From: Paramecium tetraurelia
Taxonomy: Eukaryota
NCBI GenBank assembly: GCA_000165425.1
Contig: CT868596.1
Coordinates: forward strand, 248,001 to 312,000
DNA length: 64,000 bases
Reading direction: 5' to 3'
Part shown: in pieces, positions 40,689 through 54,182 of the stretch
How positions within the stretch are numbered: position 1 is the stretch's first letter
Layout of the letters: each line of letters starts with the position of its first letter
Position numbers and translations under genes: made by a program
Notes under the pieces: generated by a model
The model's input: only the letters and a program-made list of their open reading frames with translations
What the model was told of the DNA's origin: nothing
Databases searched by the model: none

Positions 40689-41626
40689 ATGGAAACAGAA
40701 CGCTTTAACAATAATGATTCCTTAATAAAATTCAAGGATGCACAAATCTCACCCTTTTTTTGTAATGAAATGAATTAATTTAGGGAAATCCTAAATAGTA
40801 TTTGATGAAGAACATCCTGAATACACTTTAAATTAGCTTCTTGGCTTTCTGCTTAAAATGATATATGTTTAAGCAATTAATTTAATTTTTGTTTATATTA
40901 TAGCCTTTTTAACTTTTTATTTGGGAGGCCTTTAGAATTTCCTAGTGGAACGTGATGATGGTATTATTTATACACTTTACTGGTTTATCCTAGTGATAAT
41001 ATTTTATATTGCAATATGCGCAAAAAAATTGAGAACTTCATTTAAGTTGGTAGTATATATTGTCCTGTCATTAATGGTCATATTACTTTTTGGAAATCTT
41101 TTGGGATTGATGGCACTATATTTCCCTTACGAATAAAGAGTCATTTTTTTAATCTATCCGATCCTCTTAACTTCGACGATGATAGTATCATTCATTACAA
41201 TATTGAAAGTTGTTCCAATTCAAAATTTTAGTTTTGAAAGTAATTATATAAAATAAAGTAGAATTGGTGGCTACATCAACTTTAGCATAATTAATTATAT
41301 TTATAATATTTATTTGTCTTTTCAATGAAGAGTGGCTTTTTATTGTATTTGTCTGGCTTTATCACTACTTATATTGTGTATGTTTTACTTATCATCTCAT
41401 TTAAATATCAACAGGAACAAATGTATTTTATAATAAATTAATATAGAATGCTTTTAAGGGAGATCAAAATATACCTCTAGATTACATGATAGCAGGATTA
41501 ACTATTTATATAGGATCAGTTTGTTTTACTCTAAGTTTTGTTCCAATATTGACCTTTATACTCATTTTAGAATCCTTTTTAATAATGTGTTGTAAAACAG
41601 ATGAAAGATATTTTGATATTGTTTGA
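40689..41626 (+). CDS. Multi-pass membrane protein, possibly Bax inhibitor-1/TMBIM-like
   Basis: Several hydrophobic helices (TLYWFILVIIFYIAIC, LVVYIVLSLMVILLFGNLLG); C-terminal LDYMIAGLTIYIG resembles the TMBIM DYIxAAxxLY motif. Confidence 0.5.
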
Positions 41627-44264
41627 TTACGAATTATTCAATTTTATCATCCAGGCAGTTTATTTCTTGAACATCTGATCAAACAATAATCATTGAATTT
41701 CTATAAGCATGTGTGTCAATCTCATTTATATGTTTTCTCTAGAATATTTACTAAGAATGTCAAGTTTCCAACCTTTTGTCTCGAATCTTCCCTCAATCAA
41801 AATATAAAAAAAATAATAATGGATTTATTATGTGATTTTTAAATGATAATAACTCTTATTTTAAAAACTCCTCTGCAAATAGGGGCTTAGTATTATTTTA
41901 AGTATAATTAGATTTATCTAAATTTTATACATTTCTTGTTTGATTTGCAAAATTTTTTATAGATAATTTCTCATCTGTAATTAATAAGATTATATATTTC
42001 CTCAAACATATAATACACCTTAGAATTTCCTACTTATTTAGATGAAAAATAGACATTTACTCAGAGATCGTTTAAAGGGTGAATAGATACGCTTTTTGTT
42101 CATACGGTGGAGCATGCAGTCTCATGATTTGTTAAGGTAGATATGAAGTTTTAATAGAAATAATCAACTTGTTATCATTTCAAAATTATCTTAAATACAT
42201 CATGTGAAATTTTCTTAATAATCTACTTCTCTATTTTGAATCTTATGACTTGTTATCTACTGAAGCAATATATGAGTTACTAAATGTTCAGTAATTATAA
42301 GGAGTGTTGTTTTACAATAAATTCAAAGAAGATTCAGGAAAATTCCAATTTTATTAATAAAATACTGATTTATTAGCAAATCTTGAATGGAAAATAATCC
42401 AATCTTTATTTTATATACTTTTGATTTTATTATCAATTGGGACCAAGAAAATCATTCTTTCTAATTATTTCAGAACCAGATTATTAGTAAATGGATGGGA
42501 TCTGATTTTTAAAGCAATGCTTTACTTGAAATATTTGTTTGAGAATGAATACAGAGTTATTTTTCTTTTGTATTAGTTTTAGTCCTAGTATTTTTTTCTA
42601 TAATTTTTATCCTTAATTCAAACAATTTATACCCAGGAAATAATTTGATTAAAATTAAGAAGTTAAAAGAAAAACGACTTGAAGTTTTTAATACAGGAGT
42701 TTCATTATGTTTCATAGGCATCTTGATTTTCTTAGAAAGTTCAGAAATAATATAGTTAGGAATGATTTCCTTAATTAATCTTATTTAATTAAAATTAATC
42801 TATAATTATAAGATCATTTGTTATACAAATGGCAATTTAAAGTTCAGTATTGATTTTTACATTAACCTCCTTTGTTTATATATAAGTTGCAGCTAAATTT
42901 ATTAACGAAGATTTCAAAATAAAATGCGGTTGGTTCCATATGTTTTAATTATCTTTTGCCGTATTGATTGAAATATCCTAGATAATTATTGAGTAAAATT
43001 TAATAATATTTATGGAGATGTAACGAAAAGTAACAAAACCAGACCCAATAAGATTATTTCATTATTATGAATTTGATAAAATGAAAAATTATGATATATA
43101 AGGTTAATTTTATTTTCATGATTCTGATTTTCTCATAATCAAAGCAATCTATTGAAATAATTTACTTAATGATCACTAAAGGGTTTTCTAAAGCAAAATT
43201 TAATTAAAATTTTAATATTTCTTATGATTAGCTTTTTCCAATATTTTGTAATATTTTCTAAATATTTTATTTTTATCATTTTAGTTATGTATATCGTATC
43301 CTATTTGAAAATTAAATAGCATTTTCTGAGTATTCTTCATTTCATTTCTTATAATATCAACTTGAAAATTTTTTTTGTTATAAAATAAATCCATAAAGAG
43401 ATCATCATCAAACTAAAGCCTTTAATTAAATAATTTAAATGAAAGAATAGACACCCATAAATCCTCTTACAATTGAAATGTTTTGCTTTAATTTAATGCC
43501 ATTTTAGCTTAATCAATATTGATCCGATAATATCTGCATAGACTACTGATTATGAATATAAGAATACTACTGACCTTAAAAATAATTATGGGAAAATGAT
43601 TAGAATAAAACAAAAGTATTACTATTAAAAATTATTAAATACTATAAATTAATACAATACTCATTTATAAAAAAAATTAATTATTATCTCAATTCAATCA
43701 ATATACAATTATATTATTAATTTAATAATTTATTAGGATAATTATTAAAAGAACAGTTATTGATTAAAAGTCTTAGAAGTATATATTTCATAAGGGGTTT
43801 AAATAATCATAATATCTTTCACTAAAAGATATAATATACAATCTTTGTTGTCTTAAACAATAACTTAGATTCAATCGTCTCTAAACAAGAAATTTCTGTT
43901 TAAGTCCCCTCAAATTAGTCTTCATCATTAAGTGAAAAACATTGCCTCGACAAATTAATTTCAATTAGTTTAGATAAGTCATATATCTAATAAAAAATGG
44001 TTAATGTTTTTGTTGATTGAATAAGTAAAATTTTTTCGTAAAAGTATAAGGTACTAGTATATTTTGATTTTGAAAATAAACAAATAACGTATAAATGTTA
44101 ATAAATTAAAGAGAAGTTTTTATATCACCTCGATATTAGAATTGGAGTTTGTTATTTATTCAATTTTATTTTTTGAGATTATCTTTAAGTATTAGCGGTG
44201 CAAGAAGTTTACTATAATTCTTAAGTCTTATATTGTGGTTAAGATTTAAATAATAATAATTGAT

Positions 44265-45618
44265 ATGAAATATTATAATCTTTCATTTTTCCTATCCATA
44301 CTAATAGCAACCAACCTTGGATTCATCACATATGATACAGGATTCGCATCTTAATTCCATTATGAAGATGGATTTCTCGGATATCCTAACACAAACTATT
44401 TGAAAGAGTTTTCGTTTTCTGGGACATTTGAAAGACCTCCTTAGGTTGCATTTGTAATATACAAATATAATTATGATTATTACTAACCCAATGGTTATGA
44501 TATAGAAGTAACCGAAATAACAACAACTAGTAAAAATTTTTTCATTATTTTTAGAGTTTAAAGTCTTACTCAGATGTTTATATCAGCACAGAGTTTGGGA
44601 TACTCCCTTCAATTGGTATGCCTATGACGATAGAAGAATCCAAGTCATAAGTGTAGTCAATTATGATATTTCCTAATCAAGTGCTAGTTTTTCTACCTAA
44701 ATAACTCACCCTCATTTTAATCCTAATTTCTCAAAGGGAATCATACATGTGACATCATTATGTTACACTGGTCCCATAGAATTTGAACTATCTGTATCAA
44801 TTAATTCCTACTTTAGATTGTTAATATCAATTTTTAAGATGTAGTAATTTAAATCAAATCAAACAACTTTAATTTAATAAAACTTGGCTATTAGATATTT
44901 CTATCTATTGATGATGCCATTGACGTAGAGAATCAAATAGTCTATAATGGTGATTTGTATACTAGTCCAACATTAACTTTTCCAAGCGATAAAGATTGGG
45001 CTATTGGATTATAAGGATTGATTTGGGGTTAAACTATAAATCTTAGAGTTAAGAGGATTTAATTTTCAAATTATTACACTTATGGCAAATGTATAAATAC
45101 ATTTTATTAATTTAGGGGTAGGAGGTGACAATAATGTTTCAAAACTAAGATTTACAAGTATTTATTTCCATAGAAGTATCACATAAACTTTTTTACCTTG
45201 GATTATTAGAACAGTCAGAGTCAGTCAAACTGAGTATTATGCCTTATAGCCAGCACCTATTTTTACTGTAGTCATAACTGAACTTAATAAGGTTTACGCA
45301 ACTCCAGTTACTGAAACACTTTATGTGTAGTAATAAACTTAACTTCATGTTCAGATTCGATTTTAATGTGATTAACTAAAGAAAAAACTTTACACTGAAT
45401 TCTTTATGTGCAGCTCCTGTAATATAAAGAAGCTATATTACTATTGTTTAAGAAGTGTAAATGCTATTTCAATTTATGCTTTATTAAACTCTCAAATGAC
45501 TGCGGTTAATGTATTTACTATTTCAGTTTCTAATAATGGTATCACAATAATTCAAACAATTTAAAATCAGTTAGAGCAAATCTAATAAATATTAAAAGTA
45601 GAAGTTTAGAATAATTGA
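44265..45618 (+). CDS. Secreted H-type lectin domain protein
   Basis: Signal peptide MKYYNLSFFLSILIATNLG; FSFSGTFERPPQVAFVIYKYNYD...GYDIEVTEITTT/..F; several tiny introns. Confidence 0.7.
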
Positions 45619-46015
45619 AATTGACCTCATTTGTATTAATTATATCAAATTATATATATTTTAAATACATAATTTAAGATTTCAAAAATTCTTAAATTTA
45701 TGATAATTCATTTATGATTACTTTTAATGTTACAGAAGATCCAAAGAAAAAGATTACATTGTTTACCTTAGAAAGAAGCGATTAAATACATATATGAATT
45801 TCTATAAGACTTAGAATTTAGTACTATTATGATAAAATATCATGATAATATGATGAGTAAAAGAATATAGCCTCTGAATTTACATCTTAGAAAATAAAGT
45901 AAATTACATTTTTTAACATGCTATAATAGAACTCAATAAAATTGAAAGTACAAACGTTCTCAATATCATTGTATTTTGATGAAATAAACTATTAATTTAT
46001 TAATAAAATAAACAA

Positions 46016-48945
46016 TCATTCTAAATTTCCTAAATTAATTTTAACCGTTGCAATATCAATAATACAGATTGAATTACATTGTAATTGTTACAATATCTCT
46101 TCATCATTGACATATTCTTCGGTTGTTGCCAGAAGTCTAAATGCAATTGTTTTACAAGAATCATCAGGACCTATATATTTATATTCATTAAATTAAACTC
46201 CAATATCTTCTTCAGAATAAATTACTTCAAGATTCTTATTAATATTTGTAATTAAGCAGGCAATATGTGAGTCTGTTTATGCAATTAGAATGAGGCTGTT
46301 CACCTTCTCCTTAACTTTGCTCCATCTAATTTCAGGACGTCTACCTGGTTATAGTAATAATCCATCCTTAACATCAGATTTATTCTCCTTTGTAAATTTG
46401 ACCTCTAAATTAAACTAAGTATAGTAATCAATAGCTCTTGCTAATAAATTACCACCTGCTCCTCCCATAAAACCTCCAAGAATACCGCCAACCACAACTC
46501 CAACTGGACCTCCTGCAGCTCCTAAAGCCATTCCACCTTCAATTCCTAAGTAACCCAATCCTATAGCTCCTCCTGTTTTTAGAGCAATAAATAGAGAATT
46601 ATAGGTTTTTTCACTCTAACTTAAGAAATCAGACAAAACTACTCCACCTACAGAAATACTAGTCATCAAAGTAGTTAACCCTATACCAACATAAGGTACA
46701 AATTTTCCCAAAGATTGTACACTTTAAACATATATAATTCCTCCTTAAATTGCTGTTGAAAAAGCAAGACCTTTGACTAACTTTTCTTGATCCACTCCAT
46801 CCAAAATACAGTCAACTGTTAAACTTCCTACTGTTCCTGCAATAATGCCTCCAATCTATCCATTTATTTTGGCTTATTAGATTTAATAATTCAATTCTTA
46901 AGCTTGTATACCTTTCATGTTAAATTTCTCGCTCTAACCTTTTATTGATTGTGAGACTTCTTGAACTGTTACTGATTTAGTCTTAATTGGTTCTCCTACC
47001 TTTTCCCATTTATTTGAATATCCATTTTTCCCAGTTGCATCAATTTTTTTAGTAAATGTTAGTTCATTATTGTTATTTGGATTGTGATGCATCAGCAATT
47101 TATTCCCATCAGAAAGAGTTGCTTCGTATGCAAATTTACCATTTGTATGTTATACTTGTTGTAATGAAGTTATTTTCTGGGCTTTTAATTATTGATACGA
47201 CAATCCTGCAGTATTCCCTTAATAAGCAGGCTATTATTATAAAAATGAACTATTTGTTCCCTAAGAATTAGTAGTTTATATGATTGAATCCTTCTTTTAT
47301 TTTTCTTTAAATTTATTTTACAAATTCTGCAAATATTCCTTCCAATAATCAATATCTATTATTCCCTTTATTATTAAAGTGCACATATTTTGTCTTAAGG
47401 ATTTCAAGACTTTATCAATATGTTCTTCAAACTATTAAAAGAAGCAATCTACTGATTAATTTTGATAGTCAATTTTCATTACTTAGGTATATATTGTAGT
47501 GAGATTTTCAATTTGATTCAAAATATTTGTGTATCTAGAGTGACTTAAAATTTTTGTTAATTAAATTTGCACCTATTGAAAAAGAATTGTCATTTCATTT
47601 TCAATAACATATATAATTTCTTCCATATATATTTCTTTATCATAGACATCTTCGACAAAAAATGATAACAATTCAAAAATTCTTTTACCGTGAAAACTCG
47701 CCAATGTTTCTATTTTAGGCTTTATTTTCTCTTCAACTATTGAGTCCCAATAAATCTTTCTCATCATTGGGTCAAGTGCAAATGCATAATTATTCTTTAC
47801 TTGTTTGATAAATACATAATAGAATTATTAATCATTCATTTTCCCGACGCTAATTTCTTAAACAATAAATTGAAATTATGGGAATAATATTACTTCTTCT
47901 TAAGGATACTGAGAGTGATAAATTCTAACTTAAAGCAAGGGTGAGGAACATCTTCATCTAATTCGATTTTATAAATTATTCCATAAAAATTATTCTATGC
48001 AAAAGTTTGTGCAATATCAAAATTCATCGATGTGCTAGTCAATGTATTCCAGAATAATGATGTCCCCTCATTTTTGGAAGAATTTAGATCTCTAATTATT
48101 TATTCAAATATTCCTTTATCATCGAAGTATATGCTTCTAAAAAGAGATTTAATTTCACCTTTTTTGCAATTATTTTGTTTAAATCCTTAATAAAGACATA
48201 AGATGATATTTTTCACTTATTAATAATTATGCTAAGCAAACTGTTAGTTAAATGTTTAAGAAATCTCTTCTCTGCGGCAGAGATATACTAATTTCTCAAA
48301 TAAATCGAATGATTGCTTTTTAAGATTAAACTTTTCATTTTCTTTTTTTTTTAAATCTTCAAAAATTGCGTTCTTCTTATTCACATCAATATTTTGAATA
48401 TCAAGCATATACTCTATTTCAGAAAAGACATCTTATTCTTTAGGTTCTTTGTTTTTTCTTAATTCTTCTATAACAACTAGAAATTAGATACTCACATGAT
48501 CTTTTGAATGTTGATATTATGTAGCTTAATGTTAGGGTGGTGATAATAGGTTGAGGAATTTTTTTAAAATATCCGATTAGTTCATACTCATGATAGCATT
48601 TTCATGAGCTGATTAAAATGAATCAGAAACTATTGACTTGATCTGGGAATTGTTAATGAATAAATCTAAATGGTATAATCTTTCTTCACAAAACACTATC
48701 ATGTTTTATTTAGTATGCTTAACAAGTTCATAAGCACATTTTGCACTTGTTATAATAGTTACATCTCTTTTATCAATTTTTTATAATATTCTTAAAGCAT
48801 CATCAATATTATCGAAAGCTTGGAATAAGCCTTAGTAATCATTCTGTAATTGTTCACGATATAAAGTATTCTCCATACTCTAAATTTTGTTGTCAACCCA
48901 AATTAAAATTGGAAATTCTTCACTATCAATTTCAATTTAATTCAT
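46016..48945 (-). pseudogene. Multidomain ADP-ribosyltransferase (receiver-like + R-S-E ART + glycine zipper + PEBP-like), 1-nt frameshift near 47921 (pseudogene or sequence error)
   Basis: LFRS, FWNTLTSTSMNFDIAQTFA, GIIYKIEL, then in a shifted frame HSQYPQEEVILFP; GGMALGAAGGPVGVVVGGILGGFMGGAGG; the unshifted frame stops at TGA 47838-47836. Confidence 0.75.
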
Positions 48946-49715
48946 TTTTGAGTCCTTAATTTAAGAAATATAATGTATAGATTTATATTTTTTCAATAAT
49001 CAAACCTTTTTTATTTGTATTTTTCTCCGCCTTATAATGGTATGGTGACAATGCATTTTATTGATTAAATGAAAGAAAACAGAAGAATTAGCTAGAAATA
49101 ATTACTAAAAAAATGAAATTTTGGATATTGTTCTGTTGACACTAGAAAATCAAAATTAGTTAAAATTGATAAACACTTTGAATTATTATGATTTTTTAAT
49201 TTGAGAAATTTAACCAATTTTTCTAAGATGATTTAAAGGAAATAGTGGAATATTGATGCAAATAAAAAATAAATTTCTTTTTGAAAAGCACCTTAAGTAA
49301 AGCTAATCATTTCTAACCATCAATTGCAAATACAATAAGAACTCAATAGTTTTATTCAATCAAAGGATGAAACATTTTACTTTGGCATTATAATATGGCT
49401 ATTGAAAAAGAATAGAATTAAATTTAAATTGATAAATTACAATTTTATTTTGTTATAATATCAATGTTTAGCTATGATTCTATAGATTTCCTAATGATAT
49501 GAATTGTCATTTAGAAATGAATTGCTTGAAAATTCTAATTTTGAATAGTTAAATCACTTTCCCTATATCTCAAGTTGGCTGATGATTCGATATTACAATT
49601 TCCAGCAATGATATATAAAGACAACTAGAGTGTTTACAACATCGGCAAGTCAAATAATTATCACATTTCCGATTATTATAAATTTATATAAAAACAATTT
49701 ATTATCTATCATATA

Positions 49716-51273
49716 TCAATTCTTCGCATAATTGTTCTTTTTAGAATTGACCCTTTTTGACAAATCTTCAATTAATTAATGAATATATTTTATGCTCGAA
49801 TTCTATTTAGAAAACTAAGCTTTTTATTCTGAAACCAAATATTCAAATTATTCATCATGAAATGAATTAAAAATGATACTTCTTTAAAATTAATTTTATC
49901 CTAATTGATTCTTATTTATCATATCTTAATATGCTTATGAAAATGCAAGCAGTTAGATTAGAAATTTTAAAGTAAGATCCCCATGAAAAATACCGCAACC
50001 CCATTTACCTGTAGAAATATTTTCAATTTCTAGATGTTCAAGTGCTAAAGAAAATGCAACATAACCTTTTAGTAATTCTCTTTAAATGAACGATTGATCA
50101 AACTGCGTTTACCAATTTTGATAATATAATGCGTCCATAAACTAAAATATGAAATTTAATAACTAACTAATATATGATTTTTTATGACAGCCTAATTTTG
50201 TTTTAAACTAGGTTCATTTATTTTAAAATATGCCTCTTCCTTCTATTTAAATGTTGACTCATACCCGTCATAATCATTATATTTAATAACATTCCTAATT
50301 AAAATAGCTTCATTATCTTTCATTTATTGCATAAATAACATAGCTATAAGTGCTTCTGGGTGAGTTAACATTAATACCTATAACATCTAGTATTTTATAT
50401 ATACTTCTTCCTAAGCAATATTTCTTGTGTCTAAACTTAAACCACCAACATTTTTGTCTGCAAAATTCACCAATATTGAATTCTTAATATCTTCGCATCT
50501 TCCTTTTTTAATATCAAATTAACATATTGGATCTTTATAATTTTTAAAAACTTCATCATATATTCTATATTCAGTTCTTCTAATGAAAGTAATTAATTCA
50601 TCTTCTTCATTATATTATTTAGGCATGGAATTGTTTAACTTCTGTTTCAGATTGTCTCTCTGGGTTTACAACAATAACATTATTTATTCTTGCTTTCTAA
50701 TTTAATTTTCTATATCTTGAATTTGCATCTAAATAATTGATGACTCATCTTTCTGAATAAATTTTTAGAAAAAATTTAGAAAATAAGAATGAATGCATTT
50801 GAGCTTTTCATAAGATTATTAAGAATTGCTCTATTTGATTTATTCCATGTTGATTTAATAAAATCCAGTTTACTTCATGATTTGATTATCATTCTCTATC
50901 TAGTTTGAATACATCATTAATAATAGGATAAAAACTTCTTTTCTAGTAAATTAAATCTAGTTATCTACATTGGAATTAACCTAAGTACTTTCTATTATTA
51001 GCTGTGTATACTACCTTTGTATTACTTAGTGAAGAGAGTTTATTTTTAAGCAGTATCACTTCTAACTTAAGTTTAAACCTAACTTTTAATAAAATCATTG
51101 ATCTTATTAATTAATTTGGCTTGATTATCTTTTATTAGTTAATTTGCCTGTTTATTAAATTCAACCATAAAGCTTCTATCCTTAATGATTGTTTTACTTA
51201 CTTTTGATATATTGCTAAAGTCATATAACCCATTATTCTCTCCTTTTTTTAACCTAATTTACTAGTTATTCAT
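49716..51273 (-). CDS. PARG: Poly(ADP-ribose) glycohydrolase
   Basis: EKLKCIHSYF; ILVNFADKNVGGLSLDTRNIAQEE/VLMLTHPE; YDGYESTF; MDAL; RELLKGYVAF; ISTGKWGCGIFHGD. Confidence 0.92.
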
Positions 51274-53370
51274 TATAAAATATAATTAATTAACAATAAT
51301 ATTTAGTCAAAGTTTAATATTTATAACAAAAGCTGATTATTTATTCAATTGCAGATCAAAATATATTGTGTGCTTATTGTGTCAAACTGATATATATGTA
51401 AAAACAATAGATTCTCTGAAAATTTACTGAAAAGTTAGGAATTTCTATATTATTTAATGAATTAGAGAATATATTAAAATTAATTGTTTAATATAAAAAG
51501 ATAATGTGAAAATGAAATGAGGTAAAAGATGAAATTTTCATCAATATTAAAAATAGATAGAACTTTTAGAATTTAATTCAAATAATTCTATTAGAATTTG
51601 TATTCCAAAAGGAAAACAAGATAAAGGATTAATTTATTCCATTTGAAATAAAGGGGTTAATATTAGATGATATACCCGAAGCAGTCTAATTTTTTGCTAA
51701 ATTAGTTGATTTAAAATTTATATAAAATTATTTAATAAGAGAACTTCTGTGTTTATTTAAAAAGTCATTTGAAGAAATGTCCTGTAGATAATTTCTAACT
51801 ACTTTTCGATCTGGAAGTACCTTTTATAGGTCTAGAAACTGTAGAGAATGAGAAAAACTATGCTTTCTTGGAATTGAGATGAAGATTTAATTTTTTTGCT
51901 TATTATAGAGAAGAAAAAAACGAATCAAAATGGGTGCTAATAAATAATAATTTTATTCCAAAAGAAGTTCAAGTAGAAAAACATGAATGTAAAGAATTTT
52001 TTCGAATATATCACAACCAAGAAAACATTTCTATTTTGCAGAATTTTATAATATTATCATTTATGATTTTCAATAGACTTGAAAATCTAACATGGAACTT
52101 GACTGAGAATCGAGTTAATTATTCTAGAACAGCAACTCTAACAAAACCTTATAAGAAATTTAATCCATTGTTAAACTAATTATTTTGAAGATTTTAATTT
52201 ATAATATTTAAATCTACATATATTATCGAAATGTATTCTTATATTAATATATATTTGTCTTGTTTCTAAGAATCACAGTAGGAAAGTAATCTTGTATATA
52301 ATATTAATATAATTTTAAAAATGGTTATTTATAAAAGCTGAATTAGATTTGAATATATTTTTTGTGGCTTTTCTTAGGTTTTGCTGCAACTTCTTTTTTG
52401 TGCACTTGTCTTCAATTAATAAAAATATTAATAATCAATTTCAAGTGTAGTTTATGATTATACAATCAAAACTTAATCATTGGTTGAAACCATAAATTTT
52501 TTACCATTAGTCGATATAATTTTTTCTTTTTTTGATTGTTCTCGTTAAAAACCAATAAGATGATATAATAAAACAAAATGTGCAAACCATTTATAATAAC
52601 CCTAGTTGAATTTAAAAGAATTCCATTCTACATAAATAAATAGAAAGATTAAGTATGTTATAAAGATAAATTTAATTCAAATTTGAAAATAAAGGAATTT
52701 CGCATTTTTGTAAAATTCCTTGATTCTCAATAAATATGTTTAGAGGGATTACTAATAACTATTAGGAATAAAAAAATAGATAATAATAGTTCAAATTATA
52801 TTAAACTTTAGGTGTAGTATTATTAAATTTATTATCTTTGATTTTTTATTATAAATTAATTTGCTTTTGGTTTTATTCTAACATCTTTTATAGTAGATCT
52901 TTTTAAATTCATTAGTTATCAATTATAAATTAACGAATTTGTCTTCTTTAGATAAATTAAAAATATAAGAAATGTGAAAATATTAATATGAAAAAGAATT
53001 ACTAAATAAAAAGTATCAGAATAATTTACAATCTTTATTTTATTGTAGGATCCTTCAGGAAGTCAATAAGAGGGTTTAATAATAGTAGATATAAACTTAA
53101 TTTACTAATATTAAAACTATGATTTGGATAGTTTTTTAAAGAAACCAAAACTTATCAATTAATTTAATTATCTGAATATAGAATATAAATTAATCAATCT
53201 CAAGAATGTCATTATCCATTCTAATATAAATCAAACCATTTAATAATCATTTGGAAGCAGAAAGACGAAACCCTCCTATTTTATAGCCAATTTTATCTAA
53301 AAATCATTAAATTTAATCATAACTTTATTTAAAATTTAAAGTTGCTCTAGCAAAATACACAATTTATATA

Positions 53371-54072
53371 TCATAATTACATTATATCTATATATTTATA
53401 ATATTCGAAACACAGATTACAAAATTCAGTATAGAGTGTTTAGGAAGGTCTAATATTTAGGATTCGACAATCTTTTAGCTCCTATTTCTCTAGAATACCT
53501 TTTTTATTGTTGAATAATTTCTTCCATTTTTTTGATTTACATTTACATTTATTACAATTGGGGATTAATTTCTTAAAAATTTAATGTCTTTTTTCTTTCA
53601 TTTGATTTTTTGAATTTCTAGAAAGATAAGAAATTTCTGGGTAGATTATGCTTTGGAAAATCAGCTGTATTACGATAAATTAGTAATTCTTTTGATATTC
53701 TGAATTCGCAAAATTGCTTAACAGGTGTCACTTTTAAGAGCTATCTCTAAGGTTGATCAATGCTTTTGACTCTATTTCTTATACATCTGATAGGAAATTC
53801 GCTGCATGTAGTTGTTGCATTTTGTTTATGTAACTTTGAATAGCTAGTTTTGGTTGTTATAAATTTGTTCTTTTCTTCTTTACCAGAATACTAAGTAGGT
53901 TATTGTTGGTTAAACTCCACTAATATTGATTTGTAATTTTGATTGATATCAGACCAGGGACCAACATCGTCAGTATTGAATTAATTTTAAGTAATACTAC
54001 TTTGTTACATTATTTATATTTTATATCATCTTTACATTATATGCTTTATTTAAACTTCATTGATATATCCAT
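53371..54072 (-). CDS. Hypothetical low-complexity protein with DDVGPWSD motif (3' end uncertain)
   Basis: MDISMKFKQSIQCKDD...NTDDVGPWSDINQ; open code-6 frame. Confidence 0.5.
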
Positions 54073-54182
54073 CAAAATTAGAGTGGTTTATTAATAAGAA
54101 TTCAAAAGTACTACCTGAATAATCAAAATGAGAATAAAATTGAATGTCTAAACTGCAGATAAATAATATTTTAAATGATATT

